From positions 1 through 58,642 of the forward strand of contig JBMORE010000174.1 of the NCBI GenBank assembly GCA_049322255.1: DNA of 58,642 nt, written 5' to 3'. Under the pieces are notes generated by a model. It did not search any database. It was not told where the DNA came from and saw only the letters and a program-made list of their open reading frames with translations. Of the stretch, positions 1-9,276 are shown in pieces; position 1 is the first letter of the stretch, and every line of letters starts with the position of its first letter. Source of the DNA: Myxococcota bacterium (GTDB lineage Bacteria; Myxococcota; Myxococcia; Myxococcales; Myxococcaceae). The translations under genes were made by a program, and so were the position numbers.

Positions 1-290
1 TTCGCCTCGTTGAGAAAGCGCTTGGCGACTTCCGCGTCGGTGGAGAGGTCGGCCTTGAGGAACTTGAGCGCCACCCGGTGGCCGATACCCACCTGCTCGG
101 CGAGGTACACCGCCCCCATGCCACCCTGCCCCAGCTTGCGCACCACCCGGTACCGACCGGCGACGACCTTGTCGATCATCTTGTCGGTGGCCGCGGCGAG
201 CCTGATGATTTCGGTGGTGCCGCATTGCGTGCACACACCGGCCCACGAGGAGAGCTCGGTACCGCAGCCCTGGCAGATGAAGACGCCCAT
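1..290 (-). CDS. Ser/Thr protein kinase with N-terminal zinc ribbon (5' part only; runs off the left edge)
   Basis: Not in the ORF track. Manual minus-strand translation from ATG 290 gives MGVFICQGC...CTQC...[22 protein letters not shown]...VALKFL...KRFLNEA, i.e. Hanks kinase Gly-loop, VAxK lysine and helix-C Glu. Confidence 0.9.
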   Translation of the reverse strand, partial: MGVFICQGCGTELSSWAGVCTQCGTTEIIRLAAATDKMIDKVVAGRYRVVRKLGQGGMGAVYLAEQVGIGHRVALKFLKADLSTDAEVAKRFLNEA

Positions 291-293
291 GCG

Positions 294-1259
294 CTACTTC
301 GCCGGCGGCTGGAAGCGCTTGGTGAAGAGCAGCCGCGTCAGCTCGTCGGCGCCGCTCTCGCCAGACTGGCCGAGGGCGAGCAAGACGCGCAAGACCGCGG
401 TGCGCGCGTCGTCGGGGAGGTGGGCCTCCATCGCCGCCAGCGCCCCTTTTCGGTCTCCACTCCTGTAAAGCGCCATCGCGTGGAAATAGCGGTAGTCGGG
501 TGTCGGATCGGCCGAAGCCGCCTCCGACAAAAGTGTAACCGCCTTGGCAAAGTCACCCCGGGAAAGCTCGGCCGCCCCGTCGAGGAAGGCGCTCTTCGCC
601 CGTTGCCCCTCGACCTCAGCGCCCACGTCGGCGGCGAGCTGGAAAAGCGCGCGACCGGAGGCGAGCTCCTCGGGGGCGACCTCCTCGCGCGCCACCGTGC
701 GCTGGTGCAGCGCGCTGGCCGCCTCGATGGCCGCGGCGCGCAGCTTCTGGGCCAGCTCTCCCAGCTCGGGGCCGGCGAAGCCTTCGCTCACCAACGCGCC
801 GATCGCCGCGGAGGCGGACCCGGGGCCGAGCAGCAGCTTCTTCTCCAGCGCGGCGTAGAAGGCCGCGCGCGCTTCGACGTACTTGGGGCCTGGATCCGCC
901 GGTTCCTTCTTGGCGGTGCGCAGTTGCCGTTCGCACAGGTCGGACTCGCTCTGCGCCTTCTTGCGCTCCGGGGTGTCGGGAGCGGCCTTCAAGTAGACCC
1001 GGTAGGCATAGCAGGCGCGCCGCAGCTGCTTGGCGGCGAGGTAGCTGCGCGCAAGCTGCAGGTAAGGCGGTACTGCGGAAGGGTCGGCCCGGGTCGCCTG
1101 GAGAAACATCTCCGCCGCCGCGGCGTGCTTCTTCTGGTTGTAGAGCTTGCTGGCTTCGGAAACGAGGAGATCGGCGTTGCCCACGCTGGGCCCGACGAGT
1201 GGATCGGCCGATGCCACGCAGGGCGCCAACAGGAGCGCCACCAGAAGCTCAGAACGCAT
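294..1259 (-). CDS. Secreted TPR-repeat protein
   Basis: Signal peptide MRSELLVALLLAPCVASA, then helical TPR-like repeats (AAEMFLQATRADP...YLQLARSY; AVTLLSEAASADP...YFHAMALYRSG). Overlaps the upstream gene's stop. Confidence 0.75.
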   Translation of the reverse strand: MRSELLVALLLAPCVASADPLVGPSVGNADLLVSEASKLYNQKKHAAAAEMFLQATRADPSAVPPYLQLARSYLAAKQLRRACYAYRVYLKAAPDTPERKKAQSESDLCERQLRTAKKEPADPGPKYVEARAAFYAALEKKLLLGPGSASAAIGALVSEGFAGPELGELAQKLRAAAIEAASALHQRTVAREEVAPEELASGRALFQLAADVGAEVEGQRAKSAFLDGAAELSRGDFAKAVTLLSEAASADPTPDYRYFHAMALYRSGDRKGALAAMEAHLPDDARTAVLRVLLALGQSGESGADELTRLLFTKRFQPPAK

Positions 1260-2778
1260 AGCCCGCTCCTCCGCCAAAGCCGAGCACCGCCGCCCCGCCT
1301 GGCAGCAGGGGCTGGGCGCTTCCAAAGGAGCCTTCGATGAACAGCCCCTCGAAGAGAACGGCCCGAACCGAGGCGCGGCCCGAGACCATCAAGTCGAGCG
1401 CCGTCAGCCCTCTTTCGCCCGTCAGGAGATCGACCCCGGGCGGCAAGATTCGGCCGACGCGAAACTCCAACCCTCCCTGCGCTGAAAGAACGAAGCGCCA
1501 GAGCGCCCAACGCAGCTGTGGCTGCAGCGCACGAATGTGGAGAAAGTGGGCGGTTACCTCGGTCAGCTGCGCGGTCTCGGTCGAGTCGAAGGCCGGCACC
1601 ACCGCGCTCCACCCTCCCGAGCTCTGCGCGTAGGAGACGCCAATCACACCCAGGCCGAAGAAGCGGCCGAAGGTGCCGTAATCCAGCGTGACGCCCAAAA
1701 GCCTCGCCCCTCGAGGAACCTCCTCGACCTTCTGGCTGACTCCGTCCACGGTACGACTGGCAATCAACCGGCTTCCGTTCAACCACAAGGAATCGACTCG
1801 CACGTCGAGGTAGGAGCGTCGTTCGTAGCTCTGCTCGGCGATGCTCGGCGGCGGTGGCGGTGGCGCGCCGACCTCTCGATGGGGCTTCTCGAGCGGCTCG
1901 AGCGTCTTGTCCAGGGTGTACGAATCGTCAGGCTTGACGTCGATGGTCTGCTCGAAATCGCGGTGCTTCTCCAGCGCCAGACGAATGGTGTGCTTGCCCG
2001 GCTGAATGCCGCGATCGACCTTGTCTTTCCCCAAGAGGACACCGTCGACGTAGATCTCCGTGCCCGGCGGCGAGGCGGCGACGGTGATACGCGCCGCGAC
2101 CCGCTCCAGTGTCTTCTCCAGCTGGGCGCTGCCGCGCACGGGGATGACCAGCGTCTCCTCCACCGGCTGGTGCGACTTCAAGTCGACCTTCACCACATGC
2201 TCACCGGGAACGACCTGGGTGGACAGCGGCGTGGTGCCCACGCGCACCTCGTCGACGAAGACGGTGGCGCCCGCGGGGGTGGAGCGCACCTCCAACGTCG
2301 CCGCCAAAGGAACCACCTTCACCAGGGCGCCGAAGAGTGCCTTCTCCAGCGAGGTGCTGGTGGCGTCGGCAGGCCGCACCTCGCCCGACGCCGGCCGATA
2401 GCTCGTCACCTTGAAATGATGACCCACCTCGTCTTGCCCACCCCGCACCAGCACCACCCGGTCGAAGCCCAGCGCGGCGACGAGCGCATCGATCGGATCG
2501 GCGCAGCCCTTCTGTGCGAACAGGCACTCGAGCTCTCCGCTCTTGCCCGCGAGCGCCGCGGTGAGCTCTTTTTTGCCCACCACCTCGTTGGCGCGCGCCT
2601 GTTTGGGCAGAAGCTTGTCGAGGGCCGCCTCGGTGCGTACCACCATGCCTTCCTGGCCCGGGTAGAGCGGCTCGATGAGCCAGAGCGTCTTTTCGGCTTG
2701 GGCGAAAGCAGAAGGCGCGCACAAGAGCGCCCCTGCCAGCATCGCGGCTGCAGCGCGGGTCGGTCGGTTGGAACGCAA
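1249..2778 (-). CDS. PEGA-domain protein with probable C-terminal beta-barrel
   Basis: Signal peptide, two PEGA repeats (LEVRSTPAGATVFVDE..GTTP; ITVAASPPGTEIYVDG), Pro linker and a beta-rich C-terminus ending GAGYAF. Start codon uncertain. Confidence 0.8.
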   Translation of the reverse strand: MRSNRPTRAAAAMLAGALLCAPSAFAQAEKTLWLIEPLYPGQEGMVVRTEAALDKLLPKQARANEVVGKKELTAALAGKSGELECLFAQKGCADPIDALVAALGFDRVVLVRGGQDEVGHHFKVTSYRPASGEVRPADATSTSLEKALFGALVKVVPLAATLEVRSTPAGATVFVDEVRVGTTPLSTQVVPGEHVVKVDLKSHQPVEETLVIPVRGSAQLEKTLERVAARITVAASPPGTEIYVDGVLLGKDKVDRGIQPGKHTIRLALEKHRDFEQTIDVKPDDSYTLDKTLEPLEKPHREVGAPPPPPPSIAEQSYERRSYLDVRVDSLWLNGSRLIASRTVDGVSQKVEEVPRGARLLGVTLDYGTFGRFFGLGVIGVSYAQSSGGWSAVVPAFDSTETAQLTEVTAHFLHIRALQPQLRWALWRFVLSAQGGLEFRVGRILPPGVDLLTGERGLTALDLMVSGRASVRAVLFEGLFIEGSFGSAQPLLPGGAAVLGFGGGAGYAF

Positions 2779-2829
2779 GGCGACGGGCAGTCTAGGGATT
2801 TTGAGGGGCGTGTCTAGCGCGGCGGAGCC

Positions 2830-3738
2830 TTAAACGCGCCGGGCGGCCTTCGCTTCCTCCCACTCCTCCAACGTCTTGGGCCAATCGCTCTTGAGCAGCT
2901 TCGACAGCGCGCGATCGGCGAGCAGCTTCCCTTCGGTTTGGCAGGTGGGGCAGTAGTTGGTCTCGTTCTCGGCGTGCACGATGCGCTGCACCGGCGTGTG
3001 GCATACCGGGCAAGGTTGCCGGTACTTGCCGTGCACCGCCATCTGGGGTCGGAAGGCGGTCACCTTCTCGGGAAAGTCGTCGCCAGCTTGCGCGCGCAGC
3101 CGCTCGGTCCACTCGCGCAAGGTGTCGTGCGTGGCGTGGTAGAGCCGCTCGATCTCCGCGTCGGTGAGCCTCTGGGTCAGCTTCACTGGCGACAGGCGCG
3201 CGCGGTGGAGAATTTCGTCGGAGTAGGCGTTGCCGATGCCGCTGAAGAGGTGCGGGTCGGTGAGGGAGCGCTTGAGGGTGTGGTTTTCCTCACGCAGCGC
3301 GGCGGCGAAGCGCTGAAGCGGGGCATCCATCACCTCCAGGCCTCCGGGATCGAGCTCGGCCAGTCCGCGTGTCCCTCGCACCAGATGAATGGAGGCCCTC
3401 TTCTTCTTGCTTGCCTCGGTGAAGGTGAGGGTGCCGTCGGAAAAGTCGAAGGCCGCCAGCCCTACCTTCCCCGGCACCTTGGCGCCCTTCTCCTTCCAGT
3501 GCAGCCGCCCGGCGATCATCAGATGTATGACCAGAAAGAGCTCGCCCTCGAGGGCGAAGACGATGCGCTTACCCACTCGGTGCAGCGCGAGCACCCTCTT
3601 GCCGGCCACCTCGCGTAGGGGTGGGTCGGCCGTGCGCACGACGAAGGGGCTGGCCAGCCGCACCTTTTCGAGCACTCGTCCCTGCACCCTTTGGGCGAGC
3701 GCTTCGAGGTACACGACGATGTCGGGGTACTCGGGCAT
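2830..3738 (-). CDS. Fpg/Nei family DNA glycosylase/AP lyase
   Basis: N-terminal MPEYPDI (Pro2/Glu3), GKRI, HLMIAG, H2TH motif [12 protein letters not shown] and zinc finger CPVC...CPTC. Confidence 0.92.
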   Translation of the reverse strand: MPEYPDIVVYLEALAQRVQGRVLEKVRLASPFVVRTADPPLREVAGKRVLALHRVGKRIVFALEGELFLVIHLMIAGRLHWKEKGAKVPGKVGLAAFDFSDGTLTFTEASKKKRASIHLVRGTRGLAELDPGGLEVMDAPLQRFAAALREENHTLKRSLTDPHLFSGIGNAYSDEILHRARLSPVKLTQRLTDAEIERLYHATHDTLREWTERLRAQAGDDFPEKVTAFRPQMAVHGKYRQPCPVCHTPVQRIVHAENETNYCPTCQTEGKLLADRALSKLLKSDWPKTLEEWEEAKAARRV

Positions 3739-3787
3739 CGACGCGTCACTTTACGCGCTTCGCCACCGTCCACATGCTGACGTCTGC

Positions 3788-4336
3788 ATGGGGCCTCTCG
3801 TCTCGATCGTCTGCCTGGCCGTCCTCACACAGGCGCAAGAGCCTCGAGCGCTCCAAGCGCCCCTCACCCCTGCCCTCTCCCAGGGGGAGAGGGAGATCGT
3901 CGAGGAGGAGTCGGAGTTCTCAGGCGAGCTGTCGCAGACGCGCGAGCAGCTGGACGCGCTGGCGAATCGCTTCGAAGAAGAACAAGCGCGGTTGGCGTCG
4001 ACGGAAGCGAGCCGCTTGTTCCGTCTCGGTGCGCTGAACGACGCCCTGGAGACGCTGCGGCACGCCGACCTCGTCTTGGACCGCGGGCACTTCGAGGCGC
4101 AAGAGTGGCTCGCTGCCGCCGCCGCCGGGCTCGAGGCTTCTTTGTCCGAGGCACGAGTCTTTGGTACCGAGCCGGAGCAGCGTTGGTCGGGCCTGGCCCT
4201 CACCGAGGTGAGTCGAAGCCTGGAGGCGCTCTCGCGCCGCGACTTCATGGAGGCCCGCCGCTTCGCCCAGGGCGCGATGTGGGACGTGCTCGCTGCCCAC
4301 CGAGCCGCGCAGGAAATCCCCCCACGGGTGTACTGA
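3788..4336 (+). CDS. Hypothetical secreted helical protein
   Basis: ATG 3788 with signal peptide (MGPLVSIVCLAVLTQA), coiled-coil-like body and GC3-biased codons. Confidence 0.6.
   Translation: MGPLVSIVCLAVLTQAQEPRALQAPLTPALSQGEREIVEEESEFSGELSQTREQLDALANRFEEEQARLASTEASRLFRLGALNDALETLRHADLVLDRGHFEAQEWLAAAAAGLEASLSEARVFGTEPEQRWSGLALTEVSRSLEALSRRDFMEARRFAQGAMWDVLAAHRAAQEIPPRVY
3860..3894 (+). repeat. REP-like palindromic element (CCCTCACCC..CCCTCTCCC..GGGAGAGGG family), in frame inside a CDS
   Basis: CCCCTCACCCCTGCCCTCTCCCAGGGGGAGAGGGA matches the copies at 42354-42448 and encodes PLTPALSQGERE. Confidence 0.75.
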
Positions 4337-4431
4337 CGCCAACGCTTGACCCGTGACGATCGTCGCCTAGCCGCCACCTCTCACGTCGCGCGGCGGTCGG
4401 GCGGTGGGGCCGTCCTTACCGTTTGGCGGGT

Positions 4432-7400
4432 ATGGTCCCGACCCGCCTCCTTCTTCCCTTCGGCCTCACGCTGACGCTCGTTTTCGCCGACCTCGCCCGC
4501 GCGCAGGTCTTCGTCTACCCGCGCCGGGCCGACAAGAGCCACGTCATCAACTTCGACTTCGACTGGCGCCACATCGACATTCTCGTGGGGCCCAAGGCGA
4601 ACCCGGCGCTGGAGCTGCACCCGACAGGCGAGGGACAGCCTCCGCTGGAAGCAGCGGCGACATCCGCTCCCGGACTTTCGGGCAAGGAGCTGGGCAACCC
4701 CGCCTTCCCTGCCGCCGTGCGAAAAGCCTCACCCGAGAGCTCCGCCCCCCCCCAAGCGCCAACGAAGGCCGCGCAGCCCTTGAACGAGCGCGCGGGAGGT
4801 GTTCGGCTGTACTTCTACGAGCGCGAACGCGCCATCGCCGAACGTGCGGCGGCCTCCATCACCAGCTCGTACCGGGAGCTGGCCGAGCAGTTTCACTACG
4901 TGCCGACGAGGACCTTCCCCTACATCCTCTACAGCAGCTACCAGGAGTTTTTGCAGACCAACCTCTTCCCCCTTCAAGAAGGGGTGCTCGGCGTCACCAG
5001 CCCCGAGGACTTGAAGCTCACCCTGCCGTACCTGGGCGACCACCAGCTCTTCCAGGAGGTGAGCACCCACGAGATGGTGCACCAGTTCACCATCCAAAAG
5101 CTCAAAACCTTGGCCGAGACCGAGAAGCTCTTCGGCTCTCCGCTGATGGGCATGCCCCTGTGGTTCATCGAGGGAATCGCCGAGTACTACGCCCACCGGG
5201 GTATTCCGCCCGACGCCGAGATGCTGGTGCGGGACATCGTCGTCAATCCCGACATGCGCCAAGGGTACGCGATGCTCGACTTCTTCGAAGACCGCCCCTA
5301 CTCGGTGTTGTGGACGTACAAGGGGGGCAACGTGCGCTGCGCCTTCCTCGAGGAAACGTACGGCAAGGGCTTCATCCAAAAGGTGCTCGACAGCTCGGGC
5401 AAGCTCCTCGGCGGCAGCGCCGGGCCCTCGGTGGCCGGCTTTTCCGCCCTGCTCGAGCAGCTCTCGGGTGACGACGCGCGCAGCATCTCCGAGAAGTTTC
5501 AAGTGTGGCTCAAGCGGAAAAGCTACCGCACCTACCTCGACACCCAGCAGGACGGGCCCCAGCTTCGCCCCTTCACCCGCGCTGAGAACTTGAAGGGCAT
5601 CGTGCTCACGATGACCTCCTCTCCCGACGGCAACCTTTTGCTCTACCGCAGCATTCAGGGCGAGACCGGCGACAGCCTCTTGGTGTTGGTGCACAAAGAC
5701 GACCGCGCCGATGGGGAGGTGGTCACCATCGACGGCGTGCCGGGCATCGAGTCGTTGCACCCGATCGCCGACCGTAACTTCGACGTCACCTCCGACAAGC
5801 TGGCCTTCGTCGCCGAGACCCGAGGCCGCGACGTCTTGTACGTGCAGGACTTCGAGGTGAACAAGCCCAAAGGCCAACGCGAGGTGAGCATCGAGCTCAA
5901 AGGACGGCGCACGATTCGCCTGGGCGACTTGGGCGTGCTCGCGGTGTACTCACCGTCGTTTTCACCCGGCGGCAAGCGGTTGGCCTTCATCGGCATGAAT
6001 GAGGAGGGCCAGCGCGACCTGTACGTCATCGACCTGGCCGACCCCAAGACCCTGGTGCGGCTCACCTTCGACGTGTACGGCGAGCGGCAGCTCTCCTGGG
6101 GCCCGCAAGGCATCGTCTACAGCTCCGACGCCACCTCGCATCGACGCTACAACCTTTTTCTCATCCATCCCGACCGGCCGCGGGTCATCGAGAGGCTCAC
6201 CACCGAGGAGCGCGACGTGCACGACCCCAAGGTGCTCTCCGACGGCCGGGTGTTCTTCGTCAGCTGGGAGGACACCCGCGCCAACCTCCACGAGCTGGTG
6301 AACGGAGAGGTGGTGCGCCGCACCGACGTCTCCACCGCGCTGTTCGACCCAAGCGCCGCGCCCGACGGCAGCTTGTGGGCGCTCGTCCACCGCTCGGGGC
6401 AGCGCCACCCAGTCGAGCTGACAAAAAAAGAGCTCCTCCACTCCCCGCCCACCGTCCAGCCTCCGGGCAGCGCAGGGGAGCTTTTGCCGCGCCATTCCCT
6501 CGAAGGGGCGCAGCCCTATCAGCGCTACTCCCCGAGCAATTGGGAAATGGGGCCGCTGTTCGGAATCGTCGGCGGCGGCACCGGCGGCATCGCCGGCCAG
6601 TTGTTCGCCTCGGCGTACGACCGGCTGCGCAACCACGCCTTCGTCTTGAACTTGGGGCTGTACGGCTCCTTCGACCTCGCCGACGGGGTCCTCCTCTACG
6701 TGAATCAGGAGAAACGCGTCACCTACGGGGCGGGCTTCTTCCAGTCGCTGCGTTTTCGCGACGACAAGACGTTCGCCGACCTCGACCTGCCTTTTCGCTT
6801 CTCGTCGGGCGAGCGCTTCTTTGGGCTGCTCACCAGCGCGCGCTACCCCTTCAACCGCTTCGTCTACGCACAAGCCGACGTGGGCATCGGCGGGGTGAAC
6901 TACTTTCTCCTCGACGCCGAGAAGGCATTGCTGGAGTTTCCGCAGTTCACCGGCACGGGCCAAGCCCTGCTCGAGCCGTGGAGGGCCGCCAACCAAGGCA
7001 CGCGCTTTCAGACCGAGGGCTCGCTGCGCTTGGGGGCGGACACCTTGCGCTACCACTACGCCACCGGGCCCATCGCCGGCGGCGCGGTGCTGCTCGAGGG
7101 CACCTTGGGCTACCAACCCCAGGTGAGCCAAACCTTCGGCCATTTGCGCCTCGACGCCGAACGCTATTTCAGCCTCGGAGGCCGCACCAACTTCTTGCTC
7201 CGCGTGGGCTCGGGCATGACCGCCGGTGGGCGGTTGGCGCGCGAGTTCTACCTCTCCAGCTACGACACCCTGCGCGGAGTGCCCTTCGCCGACCCGGATT
7301 GGCTCTTGGGGCGCACCTTCCTTTATTCCACCGCCGAGCTGCAGTTTCCCTTGAACGACATTTTGCGGGTGCTCTTCCTCACCGACCTCGAGGGCATCGC

Positions 7401-7656
7401 CGGCTTCGACTTCGGGGGCGTGGGAGAGCGCTGGCAAGACGTTTGGGACAAGCGGGTCTTGAGCGGCGTGTTGGGGGTGAATTTCGGCGTGGGTCCGCTC
7501 GTGTTTCGGCTGCACTTCGCCAAGAACATCGACACCGGCGCCCCCGCGGGCCTGCCCGTACCGGCCAATGAATGGGTGACCAACTTCTCCATCGGCATCG
7601 CCGGCCTCGGGGGACTGTGGGGTGACTACCCGGCGCAGCACACCCGGGTGCGTTAG
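4432..7656 (+). CDS. Omp85/BamA-family protein with N-terminal zinc metallopeptidase (MA clan) and TolB-like PD40 beta-propeller
   Basis: Signal peptide; HEMVH...WFIEGIAEY gluzincin motif; PD40 repeats (SPSFSPGGKRLAF, QLSWGPQG); C-terminal barrel with the Omp85 loop-6 motif TLRGV and the sequence ELQFP...FDFGGV. Confidence 0.8.
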   Translation: MVPTRLLLPFGLTLTLVFADLARAQVFVYPRRADKSHVINFDFDWRHIDILVGPKANPALELHPTGEGQPPLEAAATSAPGLSGKELGNPAFPAAVRKASPESSAPPQAPTKAAQPLNERAGGVRLYFYERERAIAERAAASITSSYRELAEQFHYVPTRTFPYILYSSYQEFLQTNLFPLQEGVLGVTSPEDLKLTLPYLGDHQLFQEVSTHEMVHQFTIQKLKTLAETEKLFGSPLMGMPLWFIEGIAEYYAHRGIPPDAEMLVRDIVVNPDMRQGYAMLDFFEDRPYSVLWTYKGGNVRCAFLEETYGKGFIQKVLDSSGKLLGGSAGPSVAGFSALLEQLSGDDARSISEKFQVWLKRKSYRTYLDTQQDGPQLRPFTRAENLKGIVLTMTSSPDGNLLLYRSIQGETGDSLLVLVHKDDRADGEVVTIDGVPGIESLHPIADRNFDVTSDKLAFVAETRGRDVLYVQDFEVNKPKGQREVSIELKGRRTIRLGDLGVLAVYSPSFSPGGKRLAFIGMNEEGQRDLYVIDLADPKTLVRLTFDVYGERQLSWGPQGIVYSSDATSHRRYNLFLIHPDRPRVIERLTTEERDVHDPKVLSDGRVFFVSWEDTRANLHELVNGEVVRRTDVSTALFDPSAAPDGSLWALVHRSGQRHPVELTKKELLHSPPTVQPPGSAGELLPRHSLEGAQPYQRYSPSNWEMGPLFGIVGGGTGGIAGQLFASAYDRLRNHAFVLNLGLYGSFDLADGVLLYVNQEKRVTYGAGFFQSLRFRDDKTFADLDLPFRFSSGERFFGLLTSARYPFNRFVYAQADVGIGGVNYFLLDAEKALLEFPQFTGTGQALLEPWRAANQGTRFQTEGSLRLGADTLRYHYATGPIAGGAVLLEGTLGYQPQVSQTFGHLRLDAERYFSLGGRTNFLLRVGSGMTAGGRLAREFYLSSYDTLRGVPFADPDWLLGRTFLYSTAELQFPLNDILRVLFLTDLEGIAGFDFGGVGERWQDVWDKRVLSGVLGVNFGVGPLVFRLHFAKNIDTGAPAGLPVPANEWVTNFSIGIAGLGGLWGDYPAQHTRVR

Positions 7657-7663
7657 CACGACA

Positions 7664-7686
7664 TCCCTCTCCTTGTGGGTGAGGGA
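7664..7686. repeat. Degenerate REP-like palindrome downstream of the Omp85 gene
   Basis: TCCCTCTCCTTGTGGGTGAGGGA resembles the CCCTCTCC..GGGAGAGGG core. Confidence 0.45.
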
Positions 7687-7723
7687 ATTGAATATTCGCC
7701 CTGGAGGAAACGTTCAGGCGCGC

Positions 7724-8551
7724 ATGAACGCCCACTTGCCGCTTTTGGCTTTGACGCTCATCGCCGCCGCTCCTGCGCAGGCCCGCTTCGGCAAACGCTC
7801 CCCGCCGAACCCGGCGAAGGAAGAGCCTTGCCGCAAGGACTGTGAGGGCAAGCGCAAGAAGGTGCCCGCCGCCGCATCCGCGCCGGCGGTGTACGCCACG
7901 CCCCGCTACCACGCCCATGCCGCCACCCCGGTGGGAAGCGCGCCCGTGCGCCCCCGGCTCCATGCCCACGTCTTGCTCGGCCCCAGCGTGCACGTCACCG
8001 AGCCGGCGGCCCCGTCCGAGCCTTCTGGCGGCGCTCCGGTGCGGCTGTCGCTCCTCGGCGAGGCGATGGTCTTTGGCGATGGCGCATTGCTGGGCGCGGG
8101 CCTTTTCTTCGAGGGCGAGCGCGTCGGCCTCTCGGCTTCCTTCTCCACCTTGGGCGTTTCCGCCGATGACGGCAGCGGCGGCGTCGACGGCATCGGGCTT
8201 TTGAGCGCGCACCTGACCTACGCGCTGCTCGCTGGAGAACGAGGAAGGCTGCGCTTGGAGCTGGGCGCCGACTCGGCCATCGCTCCCGACTTGGTGGTGA
8301 TGGGGCCTACCCTGGGCACCTCCGCGGTGCTGTGGCTGGGCGGCCCGCTGGCCGTAGAGGGAGCGCTGATGGTGACCCCGTTCCCCTATCGCCAGGTCGA
8401 CGCGCGTGTGGGGGTGGGGCTGGGGTTTGGGCCCTTGGGGCTGCGCGGCGGGTATCGCACCCTGGTGCTCGACGACGCCGGCCTGGTCGATGGCGTCGCC
8501 CACGTCGATGTGTTCGGTGGCCCTTACCTGGGGCTGGCGCTCGTTTTCTAG
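7724..8551 (+). CDS. Hypothetical outer-membrane beta-barrel protein
   Basis: Signal peptide (AAAPAQA), low-complexity linker, amphipathic strands and C-terminal GPYLGLALVF. Confidence 0.7.
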   Translation: MNAHLPLLALTLIAAAPAQARFGKRSPPNPAKEEPCRKDCEGKRKKVPAAASAPAVYATPRYHAHAATPVGSAPVRPRLHAHVLLGPSVHVTEPAAPSEPSGGAPVRLSLLGEAMVFGDGALLGAGLFFEGERVGLSASFSTLGVSADDGSGGVDGIGLLSAHLTYALLAGERGRLRLELGADSAIAPDLVVMGPTLGTSAVLWLGGPLAVEGALMVTPFPYRQVDARVGVGLGFGPLGLRGGYRTLVLDDAGLVDGVAHVDVFGGPYLGLALVF

Positions 8552-8561
8552 CGGCCTGGGG

Positions 8562-8768
8562 ATGGGCGTGGTGTGCTTCTTGGTGATGCGGGTGCTCTTC
8601 CTGCCGTTGCTCGGCCTATCGCCGCCGGAAGACGTGGGGCTGTCCATCTACCTGTGGTTCGGGTTTCTCACCGCGGCGGCGTTCCTCGTCTTCCAAAAGC
8701 CGCTCGACGTGCGCGCCCTGGAGGAGCTGCGTCGCCAAGCGCGCGAGCTGCCGAGGCACGCACGGTGA
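8562..8768 (+). CDS. Small hypothetical membrane protein
   Basis: 68 aa with two hydrophobic segments, filling the gap between co-oriented genes. No clear RBS. Confidence 0.4.
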   Translation: MGVVCFLVMRVLFLPLLGLSPPEDVGLSIYLWFGFLTAAAFLVFQKPLDVRALEELRRQARELPRHAR

Positions 8769-8787
8769 GCGGCTATAGTGCCGCTTC

Positions 8788-9276
8788 GTGCTCGCCCTCG
8801 CTCTTGCGCTCCAGCTCGCCGCCTCGCCCGTCACCCATTGCGACAGCTGCGGCCTGCTCGCCCAGACCGACGCCCCTGTGCGCCAGGCCGAGCTGGAACG
8901 GAAAATCAGCGACTTGAACACGCAGATCCGCGCGGCGAATACCGACTGGCCTCCCCTGTCCTTGGCCGCCGCCTACGCCGGCTACGTGCTGAGCCCCCTG
9001 GTGCTCATCGGAGGCGCCTTCACCGCCATCGCCCTCGCTGCCGGCTCCCAGACGGCGTTCCTCTTGCCCTTGGGCGTCGGAGTGCTGGTGGTGGGGCTGG
9101 CGGGAGTGGTGTTCCTCATCGCAGGGGTCGTCACTGGCCTCGACGCGAGCTCCGACGCCAAGGCAGAGAGACAGCGACTCCTCGACGAACGGTCTGCCGT
9201 CGAGGAGGAGCTTCGGCGGCTGCGCACCCACCAAGCCGCCTCGCCCCTGCCGGCCATCACCTTGGTCGAGCTCTAG
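8788..9276 (+). CDS. Hypothetical membrane protein
   Basis: Signal-like N-terminus, two TM segments and flanking coiled-coil stretches. Confidence 0.65.
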   Translation: MLALALALQLAASPVTHCDSCGLLAQTDAPVRQAELERKISDLNTQIRAANTDWPPLSLAAAYAGYVLSPLVLIGGAFTAIALAAGSQTAFLLPLGVGVLVVGLAGVVFLIAGVVTGLDASSDAKAERQRLLDERSAVEEELRRLRTHQAASPLPAITLVEL

